From positions 124,001 to 188,000 of the forward strand of contig MU008155.1 of the NCBI GenBank assembly GCA_010909165.1: DNA of 64,000 nt. The letters run 5' to 3'. Position numbers and translations under genes: made by a program. Of this stretch, positions 23,143 to 34,790 are shown one piece after another. Under the pieces are notes generated by a model. That model saw nothing but the letters and a program-made list of their open reading frames with translations. It was not told where the DNA came from and searched no databases. Numbering within the stretch: position 1 is the stretch's first letter; every line of letters starts with the position of its first letter. The stretch comes from Anthoceros angustus. Its lineage: Eukaryota; Plantae; Anthocerotophyta.

Positions 23143-25160
23143 AGGTTCGCCCAGGGAAATTCCTAAAATTCCGCAAGGGTATGCCATCTAATCAAACAAG
23201 ACCTCACCCATTGTTAAATTCGAGGTGTTCGCTTTCAAGGTCACGGACATGAAGGGCATTCAAACAATAACACCGGATAGATTCGGCCGAGCGTGCCTGC
23301 TCGATTCGGCAAAGATAAATCAATCCCAAGCACTCGCCAAGGTCAAGGAAGTCCCGGATAAGTATCCGGAGGCGACATCATCTTCCCAATCGTGAATAAT
23401 GGGTGGCGCATTGTTGTCGTGGCAAGTGAGCGACAGGTCTGCCAGATCGAGAAAGCTTAACGCCGCGAAAAGGACCATTTTCCCATGCCCTTTGTAGACG
23501 CATATCGACAAGGTGGCAGATCGAGTACCTACTCCTTCTGGACTACTCGGCCACAACCACCGCACCTAAGGGAGTTTGATCGATAAGACAACGCTTCACC
23601 ACGGAGTGGGGAACGTTTGCCTACAAACGAAGCGCCTTCGGGATGACAGGAGCACCCGGATCATTTATGCGGATGGTGACCAACGTCTTCCGGGATTTTC
23701 TGAGGGACTTCATGGAGGTGTTCTTGGACGACTTCTGCGTGCACGGAGAAGAGGACAAACACGTTGGACATATGCGGAAGTGCTTGGAACGCTTGTAAGG
23801 AGACTCAATCAGGCTCGCATCCGAGAAATGCTACTGCATGACGAGGGAATCTTGTTGGGACACCGTGTCGGCAAGAGGGATAGAGGTGGATCAAGACAAG
23901 GTGAAGGTCATCACCGCAGCCGCACGAACTTGAAGGAGTTACGGGATTCCCGGGCATGGTGGGTTACTATAGGCTTCATCCAAGACTTTGCAAAGCGGGC
24001 CTCCAAAGCAAGAGCTACTCAGTGAAGGAGGAAGAATGGACCGGACACCGTAAAGGGAGGCGGCATTCAGAGACCCATGCACCACTGACGGCCCCAAAGA
24101 CTAAAAGGACCGGACCGGGGAAAGCGGTTCCATGTGTGGATGTGTTCGCCATCGGAGTAGTGCTCACCAAAAGATAAACGGAGGGATCATCCAATCTACT
24201 ACGCTGAAGACAGCCACGCAGAACGGAGGTACACTACTACGGAGCGAGAGGCATTAGGAATGGTATACGCAATTAAGAAATTCAGACACTACCTTCTGCC
24301 CAATGAGTTTGTGTTCTATGTTGATCACTTCGCGCTCAAGCACTTGGTGAACAAGGCAGACTTGTCCGGACGAATTGCGAGGTGGATTCTGCTATACAGG
24401 AGTTCACATTTGAGGTGGAGACTAGGCAAGGGCGCAACACCAAAACGACTTTTGTCCAGATTAAAGACGGAGCCTGCCTGCAGGATCAGGAGGACGCCTT
24501 CCCGGATGAGGAATTGGTGGCGCGATAGAGGAGGAAGAGGAGCACAATGACAAACCCTAAGCCGGAATAGCGGACCCACGGCGTGAGAAGGGAGCGACGC
24601 AGGGGCGGCCTCTCATGGAGTTGGAACGGTACCTATGGGAGATGGAGCTACCAAACGAATCGAACCGGGTCCGCCGGGCAGCCTTTGTGCACTACGCCGC
24701 CTTTTCTGTATAACGTTGCATCTTTAAGGTGGGGCCGGACGGTGGAACGAAGGTACCCAACAAAGTGAGACGGAGGTGGTAATAAAGGGATGCACGGGAC
24801 TAGGTGGTGGACATTATGCGCAGTCACCACCAAGAAAATCTTGAGGCTGGGTACCGTGGCCCACCATGTATGGGGAAACACACCAATTCGTGAAGAAGTG
24901 TGATGCTTGTCGTGGATCGAAGCCGGCGCCACAACAATGGCCGTTAGTGCCCATACTAGCACTAAGCGCCTTTTGAGAAGTGGGGCATCGACGTTGGACT
25001 CGGCACAGCACCGGTGGTGGAAGCGGTGGGTAAGCTAAAACGGACTCTGCGAACCGCGGTGGCCAAATTCCTCTCTGAAAACATCATCACAAGGTACGGG
25101 GTGTCAGTGGTAAGCGATAGGGGAACCCATTTCCTCAATGATGTGATAACTGCAATGAGA
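23143..25160 (+). pseudogene. gypsy G3 pol (RT, RNase H, part of integrase), same family as G2
   Basis: Nucleotide similarity to 19662-21280; MVYAIKKFRHYLLPNEFVFYVDHFALKHLVNK; integrase GGHYA..TTKKIL.AG.W, PFEKWGID, SDRGTHFLN. Confidence 0.9.
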
Positions 25161-25455
25161 AGATAGCCGCTACCCTTGGCGGTGGAGGTCCGAAAGTCAA
25201 GCATTTCCGAGAAGAGGCGGCGAGGACGCCGATCCGAGTCGGAGGTGCCGCGACGGTGATGGAACACCATCACCGAGAAGCTGAAGCACTCACGTGTCTT
25301 TGAAGCTACCGTAGCGGCGTGAGGGCGTGGCGGTAGGCGATGGTACACTCGGCTCGAGCGGCAGCTCCAGCGGACTGCACCGGTACTCTGACGGTGAGCG
25401 AGACCACTCAACGGAGCGGAATCAAAGCCGGAAGAGCGTATGAACTCGGGAGCGG

Positions 25456-26064
25456 TTGAGTAAAGCGACCAAGCAGGTGGACACCCTGCAGGACACCATC
25501 GACAAGGCCACTCGGCGAGCGGACGAGGCTGACTACACCGTCCAGCTCTACAAGCAAGAATCGGCTAGCCGACTTGCCGAAACTGCTCTTAGGGAGCAAG
25601 TGGAGTCCCTCCGGTCGGAGCAAGTGCGGGCTCGCGGAGACTGGGCCACAGAGCGCGAGGCGTTGGTCCTGGAGAACGGCCGACTGAACTCTGACCTCCA
25701 ACAGCTGCAAGATCGGGTGCAATCGTTGGAGGCTCGGGCCAATCGAGATGAGGCGAAGGGGTTGAGGGCCCAGTTACGGGCTATGACGGACTTCCGCATG
25801 GCCGAGGGGCAGCGTCTGGCTGAGCAATCCCTCACCGCCCTCCAACAACTCATAGGGCAGGCAGCGACGCAACACCAAGTGTTGCCCGAAGGAAGGTGGC
25901 GGGCGGAGTATCGGACCCTCCGTCGGATGGTGCTGGAGACACTCCGGCAGATCGAAGACTCGCATACCTTCTACGCTGAGGAGGTACTCCGGGCTATGAA
26001 CTCCGGAGGCGAACGGCCGGCCGCCAGCAACACCCCTTCCGGCCAGGAGGCAGGCCCCAACTGA
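25456..26064 (+). CDS. Coiled-coil extra ORF of a gypsy element (unknown function; 5' part probably frameshifted or truncated)
   Basis: 202-aa uninterrupted heptad-rich ORF (LREQVESLRSEQ..LNSDLQQLQDRVQSLEAR) just upstream of an LTR/PBS. Confidence 0.6.
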   Translation: MSKATKQVDTLQDTIDKATRRADEADYTVQLYKQESASRLAETALREQVESLRSEQVRARGDWATEREALVLENGRLNSDLQQLQDRVQSLEARANRDEAKGLRAQLRAMTDFRMAEGQRLAEQSLTALQQLIGQAATQHQVLPEGRWRAEYRTLRRMVLETLRQIEDSHTFYAEEVLRAMNSGGERPAASNTPSGQEAGPN

Positions 26065-27160
26065 GGACTGACTCGTCGAACGAGAGTCCGGACTCCCGAA
26101 GAAGTCCGACGCCTTCAAGCCGCGAGTCCGGCCTCCCAACCATGGGGACCCAGGGAGACACAGCAGATCTCCCTATTTCGCTCGACGGGGATACACCGCC
26201 GTTAGTCACTCCGGAGGACCCACCAGATCTTCTCGACTGACCTTCGCCTTCAATGCAAAAACGGCGGTGGGGCCAGCGCCGGCCAACACCATTTCGGCGC
26301 GGTGATTGTAGGCGCCGACAGAGGAGATAGTTGTAGTACAAATAGGACTTGCCGAGCTCAGTCTCGATGTGCCTATCTTTCTTTTGTGATCCAGACTGAG
26401 CAGATTTGGGGAGAGCAGCCTTCTCTGCTCAGAATATCAAGGCAGTCACGCCTCTTCTATCCCGGACCTTAGTGTATGTACGTGATCAGGTAGAGTATCC
26501 GGGAAGGAGTGTGTTCGGAAACGTGGTCGCGTGAGCCGCCGCCTTTTGCCTTCGCCACGTCGGGGACGCACTCCTACTCAGAACGACTTAAAGACTACAC
26601 CCACCGCGTGAGTTGTGTACGCTGCCGGAGTGACGCCCCGTGAACGCCTTCTCCACGGGCAGTGAGCGGACGCGGTGTATCATTTTGGTACCGTCGAGAT
26701 TTGTGTTCCACATTTTGGCGCCGTTGCCGGGGAGTAGAGCGTTCTCGATTGCATGCGTTCAGAAGGCGACGACGACTCACCGAGGGTACCACTGACACCC
26801 AGAGAACTTCGGGCTTTACGGCGAGCGCGACTCAGGGAGTCCCCCAACCCCCTTTCCTCGGTTCCCCCTAGATCACATAGCTCGTATTCTGCAGTTACAG
26901 TTCGCTCTCTGGTTCCGCCTACCCCGGCACCGGGTATACGGACCAGCCGCCTACCCAGTCCCAGTACGATGGCCACATCCCATCCCCACACCCGTCAGTC
27001 CTACGTCAAGTTCGGTGATCACAAGAAGGAAGTAGACGCCGAATCGTTTGTCCGGATTTTTGAGCACGTGTCTCGGGCTAACTTGGAAGAAGCTGTGGCA
27101 GATCGGCTGCGGATCTTTCCGGGGCTACTTCGTGGCGTTGCCCAGCAGTGGTATAGCCGT
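26065..27160 (+). mobile_element. gypsy G4: LTR 3' part (ends 26712), PBS 26716-26733, gag N-terminus from 26969; truncated
   Basis: ..TTCCACA TTT TGGCGCCGTTGCCGGGGA; MATSHPHTRQSYVKFGDHKKEVDAESFVRIFE..RIFPGLLRGVAQQWY is homologous to the G2 gag start. The left LTR boundary is not defined. Confidence 0.8.
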
Positions 27161-30100
27161 GCGTACGTCTCTCAAACCACACTTGGGAAGTTTGCAGAAA
27201 GAGGTTGGCTGGAGAGAGTAGCCATCCCTCTGGTCATCTTGCTGTAACCATGGGAAAGTACAGCAGGGCCTTCATGGCAAGCACACAGCCATCCATTAGT
27301 ACCACAACAGCTACCACTACTAAGCATTCTACATGTCTGGTGGTTTCATGCTACGCAAATCAGGCGGAGAACACATGGTACATAGACAGTGGGGCCTCAC
27401 AGCACATGACCCCACATGCCTCCTACTTTTCTGATATGAGAGAGAGCTCTCCAGCTGAATATGTGTGTTTAGGCGACGACACCAAACACAAGATTGAGGG
27501 TCAGGGTACGATATTACTTGACTGGCCGAGAAAGCAACATTGGCCATCCCGGATGTATATATGTTCCTCAGTCTTACGAAAACCTTATGTCTGTTAATAA
27601 GATCGTATCAGATGGATGTTTTATATGCTTTGGAGGTGGTAAATGTGTATTAAAACACCAAGCTGTGTACCCTCTTAATACATGTCATCTCAGCCCGACG
27701 ATCTGTACCACCTGGATCTAAAGACTAAGGCTGCACGTGCGTTCAGATCTTCCCTGCATCATGCCAAGCCGTCTCAGACCTATTTATGGCATCTACGTCT
27801 TGGACATGTCAACTTCCAGAAACTTGTGCAAATGTATAAGCAGAAAATGGTAGAAGGGCTGCAGATGGATACCTTGGAGGACTTCGGTGTATGTGAGGCT
27901 TGTGTGCTAGGGAAGCATAAAAGGTCCTCCTTCCCGAAGGATCAGGCCACAAGGGCCACTGCCCCTCTCGAGCTTGTGCATAGTGATGTGTGTGGACCTC
28001 TCCCACGATCACTTGGAGGCAAGGAGTATTTCTTAACTTTTATAGACGACTATACAAGATTTACAGTTGTCTATTACCTTCTGCACAAGTCCGACACATT
28101 CAAGTGTTTTGTGGAGTACTTACGCTGGGCTGAACTGCAGACCAGTCACAAGTTGAAGGCCCTTCGGTCTGATAATGGTGGGGAGTACCTGTCGGGCTCC
28201 TTCACTTCGTTTTGCAAAAGTAACGGTATTTCGCGTCAGCTCACTAATCCTTATACTCCACAGCAAAACGGCATAGCAGAGAATAAGAACTGGGCATTGG
28301 AGACATCTGCCTCCAGTATGCTGCAGTATTCAGGCCTCCCTAGAAGCTATTGGGCAGAGGCCGTTGCATATGCCACCTATATTCAAAATCGAATTCCACA
28401 TAAAGCTGTTAAAGGAGCCACTCCATATGAGCTATGGACGGGAAAGAAGCCCAACTTATCTCATCTTCATGTTTTTGGCTCAACAGCATATGCACAAGTG
28501 GACAAGGCCATAAGGAAGAAGTTTCAGCCGAAAAGTCAGCCATGCATTTTTGTAGGCTTCACAGATGGTGTAAAAGGATACAAGCTTATTCACAAACAAA
28601 CCCACAAAGTGACACACTCAAGAGATGTAGTTTTTGTGGAAGGCGTCGAGTCCTTGCAGCCAGTGGGAGCCAGTGGGAGTAGTGCTGTCCATGCATCCAC
28701 GGACAGTGATAGTGAGGAGGAAGAGTTCTTTGTAGGAGACATGCCGGTTCCAATTCCGGCTCCAAGGCCACCTCCTCAACCAGCAGCTCCCATAGTGCCT
28801 CCTGTGCCTACAGTGCAACAAGTGCCACAAACCCCGCAAGTGGTTACTCCATTAAGGGCTGCTGTTCATGGTGGCAGCAGCAGGCAATTATTCAACTCAC
28901 CTCATGTGACATTTGATGAACCTGAAGGTTTGTATGAAATCGAAACTCCTGCTGAACTAGAAAACCTGTACAGCACTCCTCCACGTCAGCCACTTAGGCG
29001 AGAGAAAAAGCATGCTCACCTAGAGCCTAGGCAGTCACAGCGGACAAGAAAACCACCTACTCAATATGTACCTGAAGATGGAACATGGCATGCTAAATCA
29101 AATCTAACATCTTGCTGGCGGCAAGTTACATCTCTATGAAGCCTACCTGAGCGAAGCTATTAGCTGCCGGTCTGACTCACCGGGCAAGAAAGCCATAGAA
29201 TCAGAATTGGCATCCCTACAAGAGAATAAAACTTGGGAGATAGTCAACCTACCTGCAGACAGAAAGGCAGTGGGCTGTAAGTGGGTTTTCAAGATAAAAC
29301 TAAATTCTGATGGGAGCATTGCTAGATACAAAGGACGAGTTGTTGCTAAGGGATACTCACAGATCCCAGGTGTGGACTACGAAGACACCTTCAGTCCTGT
29401 GGTAAAACTAAACACCCTACGTTTATTCATTGCAATGGCCGCAGCAAAGAACTTGGAACTTGAGCAATTGGATGTGACTACAGCGTTCCTATATGGTAAC
29501 TTACAAGAAGAGTTGTATATGCAAGTACCTCCGGGTGTGACACCTCCAAGCAGAATTCCTCGACCTGTATGCAGGCTCCAGAAAACAATTTATGGCTTGA
29601 AACAAAGCCCTAGGGCTTGGTACAGTCGGATTGATACGTACTTGAAAGAACTTGGGTATGTTAGTCTGAATGCAGACAGCAATGTGTACCTGAAGCGAGA
29701 AGGAGAAGACTTCTTAGCTCTTGCTATTTACGTAGATGACATAATCATACTTAGCAACTCTTGGAGAATGATCTTCGAGCTAAAGGAGCACCTTCGAAGA
29801 GCGTTTAAGATCACTGATGCCGGAGCCCTTGCATTCTGCATAGGCATGCAATTACAAAGGAATAGAAGTGCTGGCACAATATTTCTGCACCAGAACAAGT
29901 AGGTTAAGCAAATCCTGGACAGGTACGGTATGATTGAATGCAAGCATGCAGCAACCCCTGTCGAACAGAACACAAAATATGTGGCACAAGTTGGTGACAT
30001 ACCTGAACAAGATTTTGCATATGTTGAGGAGTATCCATCGAAGAATGGATCAGTTATGCATTTGATGGTTGGAACAAGGCCAAACCTTGCCTTCTGCTCT

Positions 30101-30775
30101 GGCCTCTCATCGAGGTTCGTCTCCAACCCAAATCGTACACATCAAGACCTGATGAACAGGATTTTCAGGTATATAGCTGGAACACAAGAGTGGGGCATCC
30201 TCTACAGTGCGAAAGCAAAGGATCCACTCAAGCTGTTAGTCTACAGTGATGCGGACTGGGCAGGGGACCCAGATAGCCGCAAATCCATTTCAAGTTACGT
30301 GACGCTGCTGGCTGGTGGCGCGATTTCCTGGAGCAGCCGCAGACAGCCCACAATTGCGTTATCCTCCACTGAGGCTGAATACAAAAGTCTCACCGAAGCT
30401 TGCAAGGGGGTGGTGTGGTCGGTAGGAGCTCTACGTGAGCTAGGCTTACCTCATGAGCTTCCGATTCAACTCTACTGCGACAACCAGAGTGCCATAGCTA
30501 TGTCGATGAACCCCAGGTTCCACGCCAGAACCAAGCATGTAGAGATCCAACATCACTATATAAGGGAGACTGCAGCACAAGGTATTGTCCGGATTTCTTA
30601 CTGTTCTACTGAACATATGACTACTGATATCTTGACCAAGGCATTGGGGAAGCTGAAGCACTTTCAGCACGCCTCAAACATGGGGCTCCGCGCAGCAGGC
30701 GAGCCCCTGCGATGGAGCGCAACACCGAATCGACGAGCTGGTCGAGCAACAGCAGCAAGCGAAGGCGAAGACTAA
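27161..30775 (+). pseudogene. copia C3 gag-pol (zinc knuckle to RNase H), nearly intact, no LTRs visible
   Basis: WYIDSGASQHMT; LWHLRLGH; PLELVHSDVCGP..DNGGEY..PQQNGIAE; WEIVNLPADRKAVGCKWVFKIK..YVDD; YSDADWAGD..SSTEAEY..CDNQSAI..HARTKHVEI. One TAG at 29900 and about 3 frameshifts. Confidence 0.95.
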
Positions 30776-30954
30776 GACTGAATCTGGCAAAAAGACTGGT
30801 CACGGGAAGTTAGGGCCTGACGAGGTTACTTAACCTCTCGGCGAAGTTTCTTTTGCTAGTTTGTTGGTCGAAACATCGTGTTAACAAGATCTGTCGGCCT
30901 CATGGCGTGACATCACCGTGTCTTGGGTCGATGACGCCGTGATCATGATGGTAT

Positions 30955-31003
30955 GTCTAGGTGACCCAGACACCGGCATATAGGATGTCTGGGTCACCTA
31001 GAC
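30955..31003. repeat. Perfect 18-bp inverted repeat, 13-nt loop
   Basis: GTCTAGGTGACCCAGACA (30955-30972) / TGTCTGGGTCACCTAGAC (30986-31003). Confidence 0.95.
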
Positions 31004-31258
31004 TTGGTGTTACGGTTGTCCTTGGCTGTGTCGGTCCCAGAGCAGAGCAGAGCGGGGTTCCACCAACCCCGCTCCGCCGCTCCACGCCGAGCTGATGGCT
31101 ACATCGTGCCATCCCAATCCTTGTACATGTCTTTGCATCCTCACCGCCGAGGATGGGCTTAGTTGGCGTGGCTGGAGATGGTGCACTTTCGTGAGGCTTG
31201 AGCTTCTTGGCCTGACAGAATCTCGACGGGCTCCTCCTTGAGACCCGGCCTCGTAGGT

Positions 31259-31304
31259 TCGGGACTCGATGAGGATGTACCCGTACATCCTCATCGAGTC
31301 CCGA
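31259..31304. repeat. Perfect 22-bp inverted repeat, 2-nt spacer
   Basis: TCGGGACTCGATGAGGATGTAC cc GTACATCCTCATCGAGTCCCGA. Confidence 0.95.
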
Positions 31305-31345
31305 GGCACTTCGAGTCATATGCCGGACAAATACCAGGGGGCCGG

Positions 31346-34300
31346 CCGCCAGCATGTGGTCTGTAGAATGTAAAGCCTACTCCTCGCGCACCTCTTCAAA
31401 GGACGAGCAGCCCAGATGCTTCACCATTGCTACTTGTATGATATGAAATTTTTTCCGGAGTGTGATCTCGTCCTCCATCCCCTTCAGATCTATCAGTCCG
31501 GTTAAAACCATTTCAGTGGCGCTTATAAGTATTTGCCGCCCACACTCTCCAACTGGTATTCCTTGAAAGGATTTCCAGGGCTTGGCCAACATGTCTTTAG
31601 GCTTGACGTATACACTATCAACCTGCTTGGGGTCCTCCGCCAGCTTGCACTTGCCTTTCCCTTTCTTGCTTGTCCCCGCAGGAAATTGTTTCTTCTGTTT
31701 TGGAAGCTCTCCTGGTTCGCATTTGGAAAAAATCTTGTCAACATTCTCCCACACCTTCCCATCCTGCTTAGCAATGCACAAAATGTGGGTCCGATTGTCC
31801 ACTTTGTTCTGCTTGTACACGTCGTCCTCCCGCCCTTCATCGTCTTCAATCAAACTTAAGACCTTGTACAGGTTGTACTTCTAGGACATGGTCATTTGCA
31901 CTTCTTCCCTCTTCGCGATGATCAATTCGTCCCTTAAATATCTGACTTGCTCTATAAAGTTCATCTTCTTTCTCCTGTCGGACATCATATTGTGATCTAT
32001 TGCCAGCACCCGCATCTCAGTAAGCCCACAATACACATGTGCTTCAATATATTGGAACCGCTTCTTTCCGGGTGAGATATCCGATAAGTGCTTCATAGCT
32101 GCATAGGTGTGGTTCCCACCAAGAACCTCCATGACATACTTCTTTGCTCGCCATCGCTTCCAGTCCAGGTTGCTAAGATCATCACACTCTCTCCGATCAA
32201 TCATACACAAAAGAGGCAGAACTCCCTCTTCTATCCGTCCTTTTGCTATCACACGGGCAAGATAGTTTGCCCAAGCTTCATCAACCCTCCGTATCTGAGC
32301 GTCCGGAGTAATATGCGCTGCCGGCCTCAAATTCTCCAACTTGACTAAAACCATTTCTTGCGCCACCTTCTTCGAGTATGCAAAATCCCTTAAGTAGGTT
32401 AATGGATCTGCATCCCTCATAGCGTCTTCCAACCTTTCCTCGTCAGTTTGAATATGAACTATAGGAATGTCCCCTCCTATGGCATCTTCTCTTCCTCCCT
32501 TCTTTTCCTTTTTGCTTTTCCTTCCAAATTCTCCATCCTCACTGTGGTTCACCGCCTCAGACTTCTCGCTTGCGCCGCCACTTGAGGCTGCAGCCTTTGG
32601 GGCTGATAAGGAGGGCGCGGCCGCCTCCTCCTCTGGCCCATACCCACATCCCTGTGGCGCGACTTCAAGGCACCTGCACGCACTCATCCGTGTCGCCAGT
32701 AAGGGGTTCGTTCCACGGGGAATGGTCTCGTGCTTATTCGCCCGAGCTCTACAACCTACCACCGGACGGACTTCATCATGTTGGGTCCGGCGGCTCCACA
32801 ACCCTAAGTGTGTGGCCCTCACAACTCGCCTGACTGCACGCGGGCCCTGACCTTCCACAAACCCGCCTGGTTTCTCCAAGATACCGAACATGTTTAGCCA
32901 CGCTGCCCTCCGCCGGGCTCACGACTCAGGTCCAACGCCTCCTCAACTCTCCGGCCCACAACTCCACCTCAACACACACACGCCGCAACGCGACCCTCCT
33001 CCCTTATCCATTCCCGGCTAGTAGTCACAACACCAACACGCTCGATGTATTCACACCAGCCGCCTTTGCCCGTTCCTCGCCTTCACGCTCACAGAGAAGT
33101 GGCTTCGACTGTAACCCCACAGTCTGCTCCAGCCTCCTGTGGATGACTTCCGCCAAAGAGTCACCCCAGCGCCTCCTAATCCCTCCCCTGCTTCACGTTG
33201 GAGAAGTGGCTTCACACTGCATCCCCGACCTCCGCGTCCAGCCTCCAGGATGGCTTCCACGGCAGTCACCCCAAGCGCCTCCTAATCCCTCCACCGCCTA
33301 CGCTCGGAGAAGTGGCTTCATGCTCTGCCCCAGCCTTCGCTCCAAAGCAGCCTCCGTGGATGGCTTCCACCCGGCAGTCACCCCAAGCGCCTCCTAATCC
33401 CTCCTACCGCTCACGCTCGCGGAGAAGTGGTCACCTGAGATCCCCATGCCTCCGTTCGGCCTGTGGATGGCTTCCCACAAACCCGCCTGGTTTCTCAAGA
33501 TACAACATGTTTAGCGCTGCCCTCCGTCGGTCTCACGATTTCAGTCCAACGCCTCCTCAACTCCCCGGCCCACAACTCCACCTCAACACACACGCCGCAA
33601 CGCCTCCTCCCTTATCCATTTCCCGCCTAGTAGTCACAACACCAACACGCTCGTATTCACACCAGCCGCCTTTGCCCGTTCCTCGCTTCACGCGAGAAGT
33701 GGCTTCGCACTGTAACCCCACAGTCTCGCTCAGCTCCTGTGGATGACTCACCGCACCCCAAGCGCCTCCTAATCCCGCCTAACTGCTCATGGAGAAGTGG
33801 CTTCACACCGCATCCCATGCCTCCGCTCCACAGCCTCCAGGATGGCTTCCACCGGCAGAGTCACCCCAAGCGCCTCCTAATCCCTCCACCGCCTTCACGC
33901 TCGGAGAAGTGGCTTCACGGCCCTGCCCCAGCCCTGCTCCAAAGCAGCCTCGGGATGGCTTCCACCCGGAGTCACCCCAAGCGCCTAATCCTACCGTCAC
34001 GCTCATGGAGAAGCAAGCACCGAGATCCCCATGCCTCCGCTCTAGCTGCCCTGTGGATGGCTTCCGCCCGGAGTCACCCCAAGCGCCTCCTAATCCTCCT
34101 CACCGCTTCCGCTCATGAGAAGTGGCTTCGCATGCATCCCCACGCTCTGCTCCAAGCCTGGTTAGTCTCGCACTTTGAGAAATCACCCCATGAGCACCTC
34201 CACGAGCTCAGTCCCACCCCGGTCGCACCCATCAAGCGTGTTGGCGAGCTCGTCACCGTAGCTCTAAACACATCCCTCTACCACCAATTAATCCACCGCG

Positions 34301-34500
34301 GACGTAGGAACTCACTCCGCCTCAGCACCTGGAGGCAAGAGCACACGGAGTGCGAAGATGGTACCGGGATAGTCCGCCGTCTTGACGCCAGCCTTCCTAT
34401 ATACCCCCATACCCTAATCTAACCCGCCTATGTGTACCTAACCACAGGTCGGGGTAACCGCTGGCGTAGCTCATCATTGCGGACTTCTTCCACCACCGCT
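31346..34500 (-). pseudogene. ParB/Sulfiredoxin-like domain protein with N-terminal 36-aa repeats and a downstream helical region; 3'-truncated
   Basis: One frame from 32891 to ~31346 broken only by two TAGs (31881, 31377). Contains QIRRVDEAWANYLARVI..PLLCMID..YVMEVLGGNHTYAAMKHL..IEAHVYCGLT..RVLAIDHN (~31985-32345). The 5' boundary is approximate. Confidence 0.7.
33075..34160 (-). repeat. ~108-bp tandem repeat (~9 copies) inside a ~620-bp higher-order duplication (32855-33474 / 33475-~34090)
   Basis: GAGAAGTGGCTTC recurs near 33094, 33201, 33307, 33422, 33694, 33792, 33904, 34007 and 34117 (two are variants); CCACAAACCCGCCTGGTTTCT recurs at ~32855 and ~33475. Confidence 0.9.
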
Positions 34501-34544
34501 TTCCCAAGCGTGAGATCCGTTCAAGATATGCCAACCAGACCACG

Positions 34545-34790
34545 CCTCGGACGGACCACTCCGTCGGACCTGCCCGGATGGACCACTCCCGGACCGCCCG
34601 ACGAACCACCCTGCCGGACCGCCGACGGACCACTCCGTCCGAACCTCGCCCGAACGGACCACTCGCTGGACCTCGCCAACGGACCTCCTCGACCGCCGAA
34701 CGGACCACTGGCCGGACCGCCGAACGGACTTATTCGCCGCACGCCTCGACCATATCTTCCCTTGGCCGGATCACCCCATCCCGACGGATC
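34545..34790. repeat. GC-rich degenerate short repeats (CGGACCAC/CGAACGGACC)
   Basis: Many CGGACC/GAACGGACC units visible. Confidence 0.75.

Noticed and set aside
31881-31883. In-frame TAGs in the ParB-like gene as programmed readthrough or U-to-C editing sites
   Set aside because: Nuclear TE context; simple C->T deamination of CAG/TGG explains them, and the same pattern occurs in neighbouring pseudogenes.
33075-34160. 108-bp repeats as CRISPR-like
   Set aside because: The whole unit is repeated; no repeat-spacer structure.
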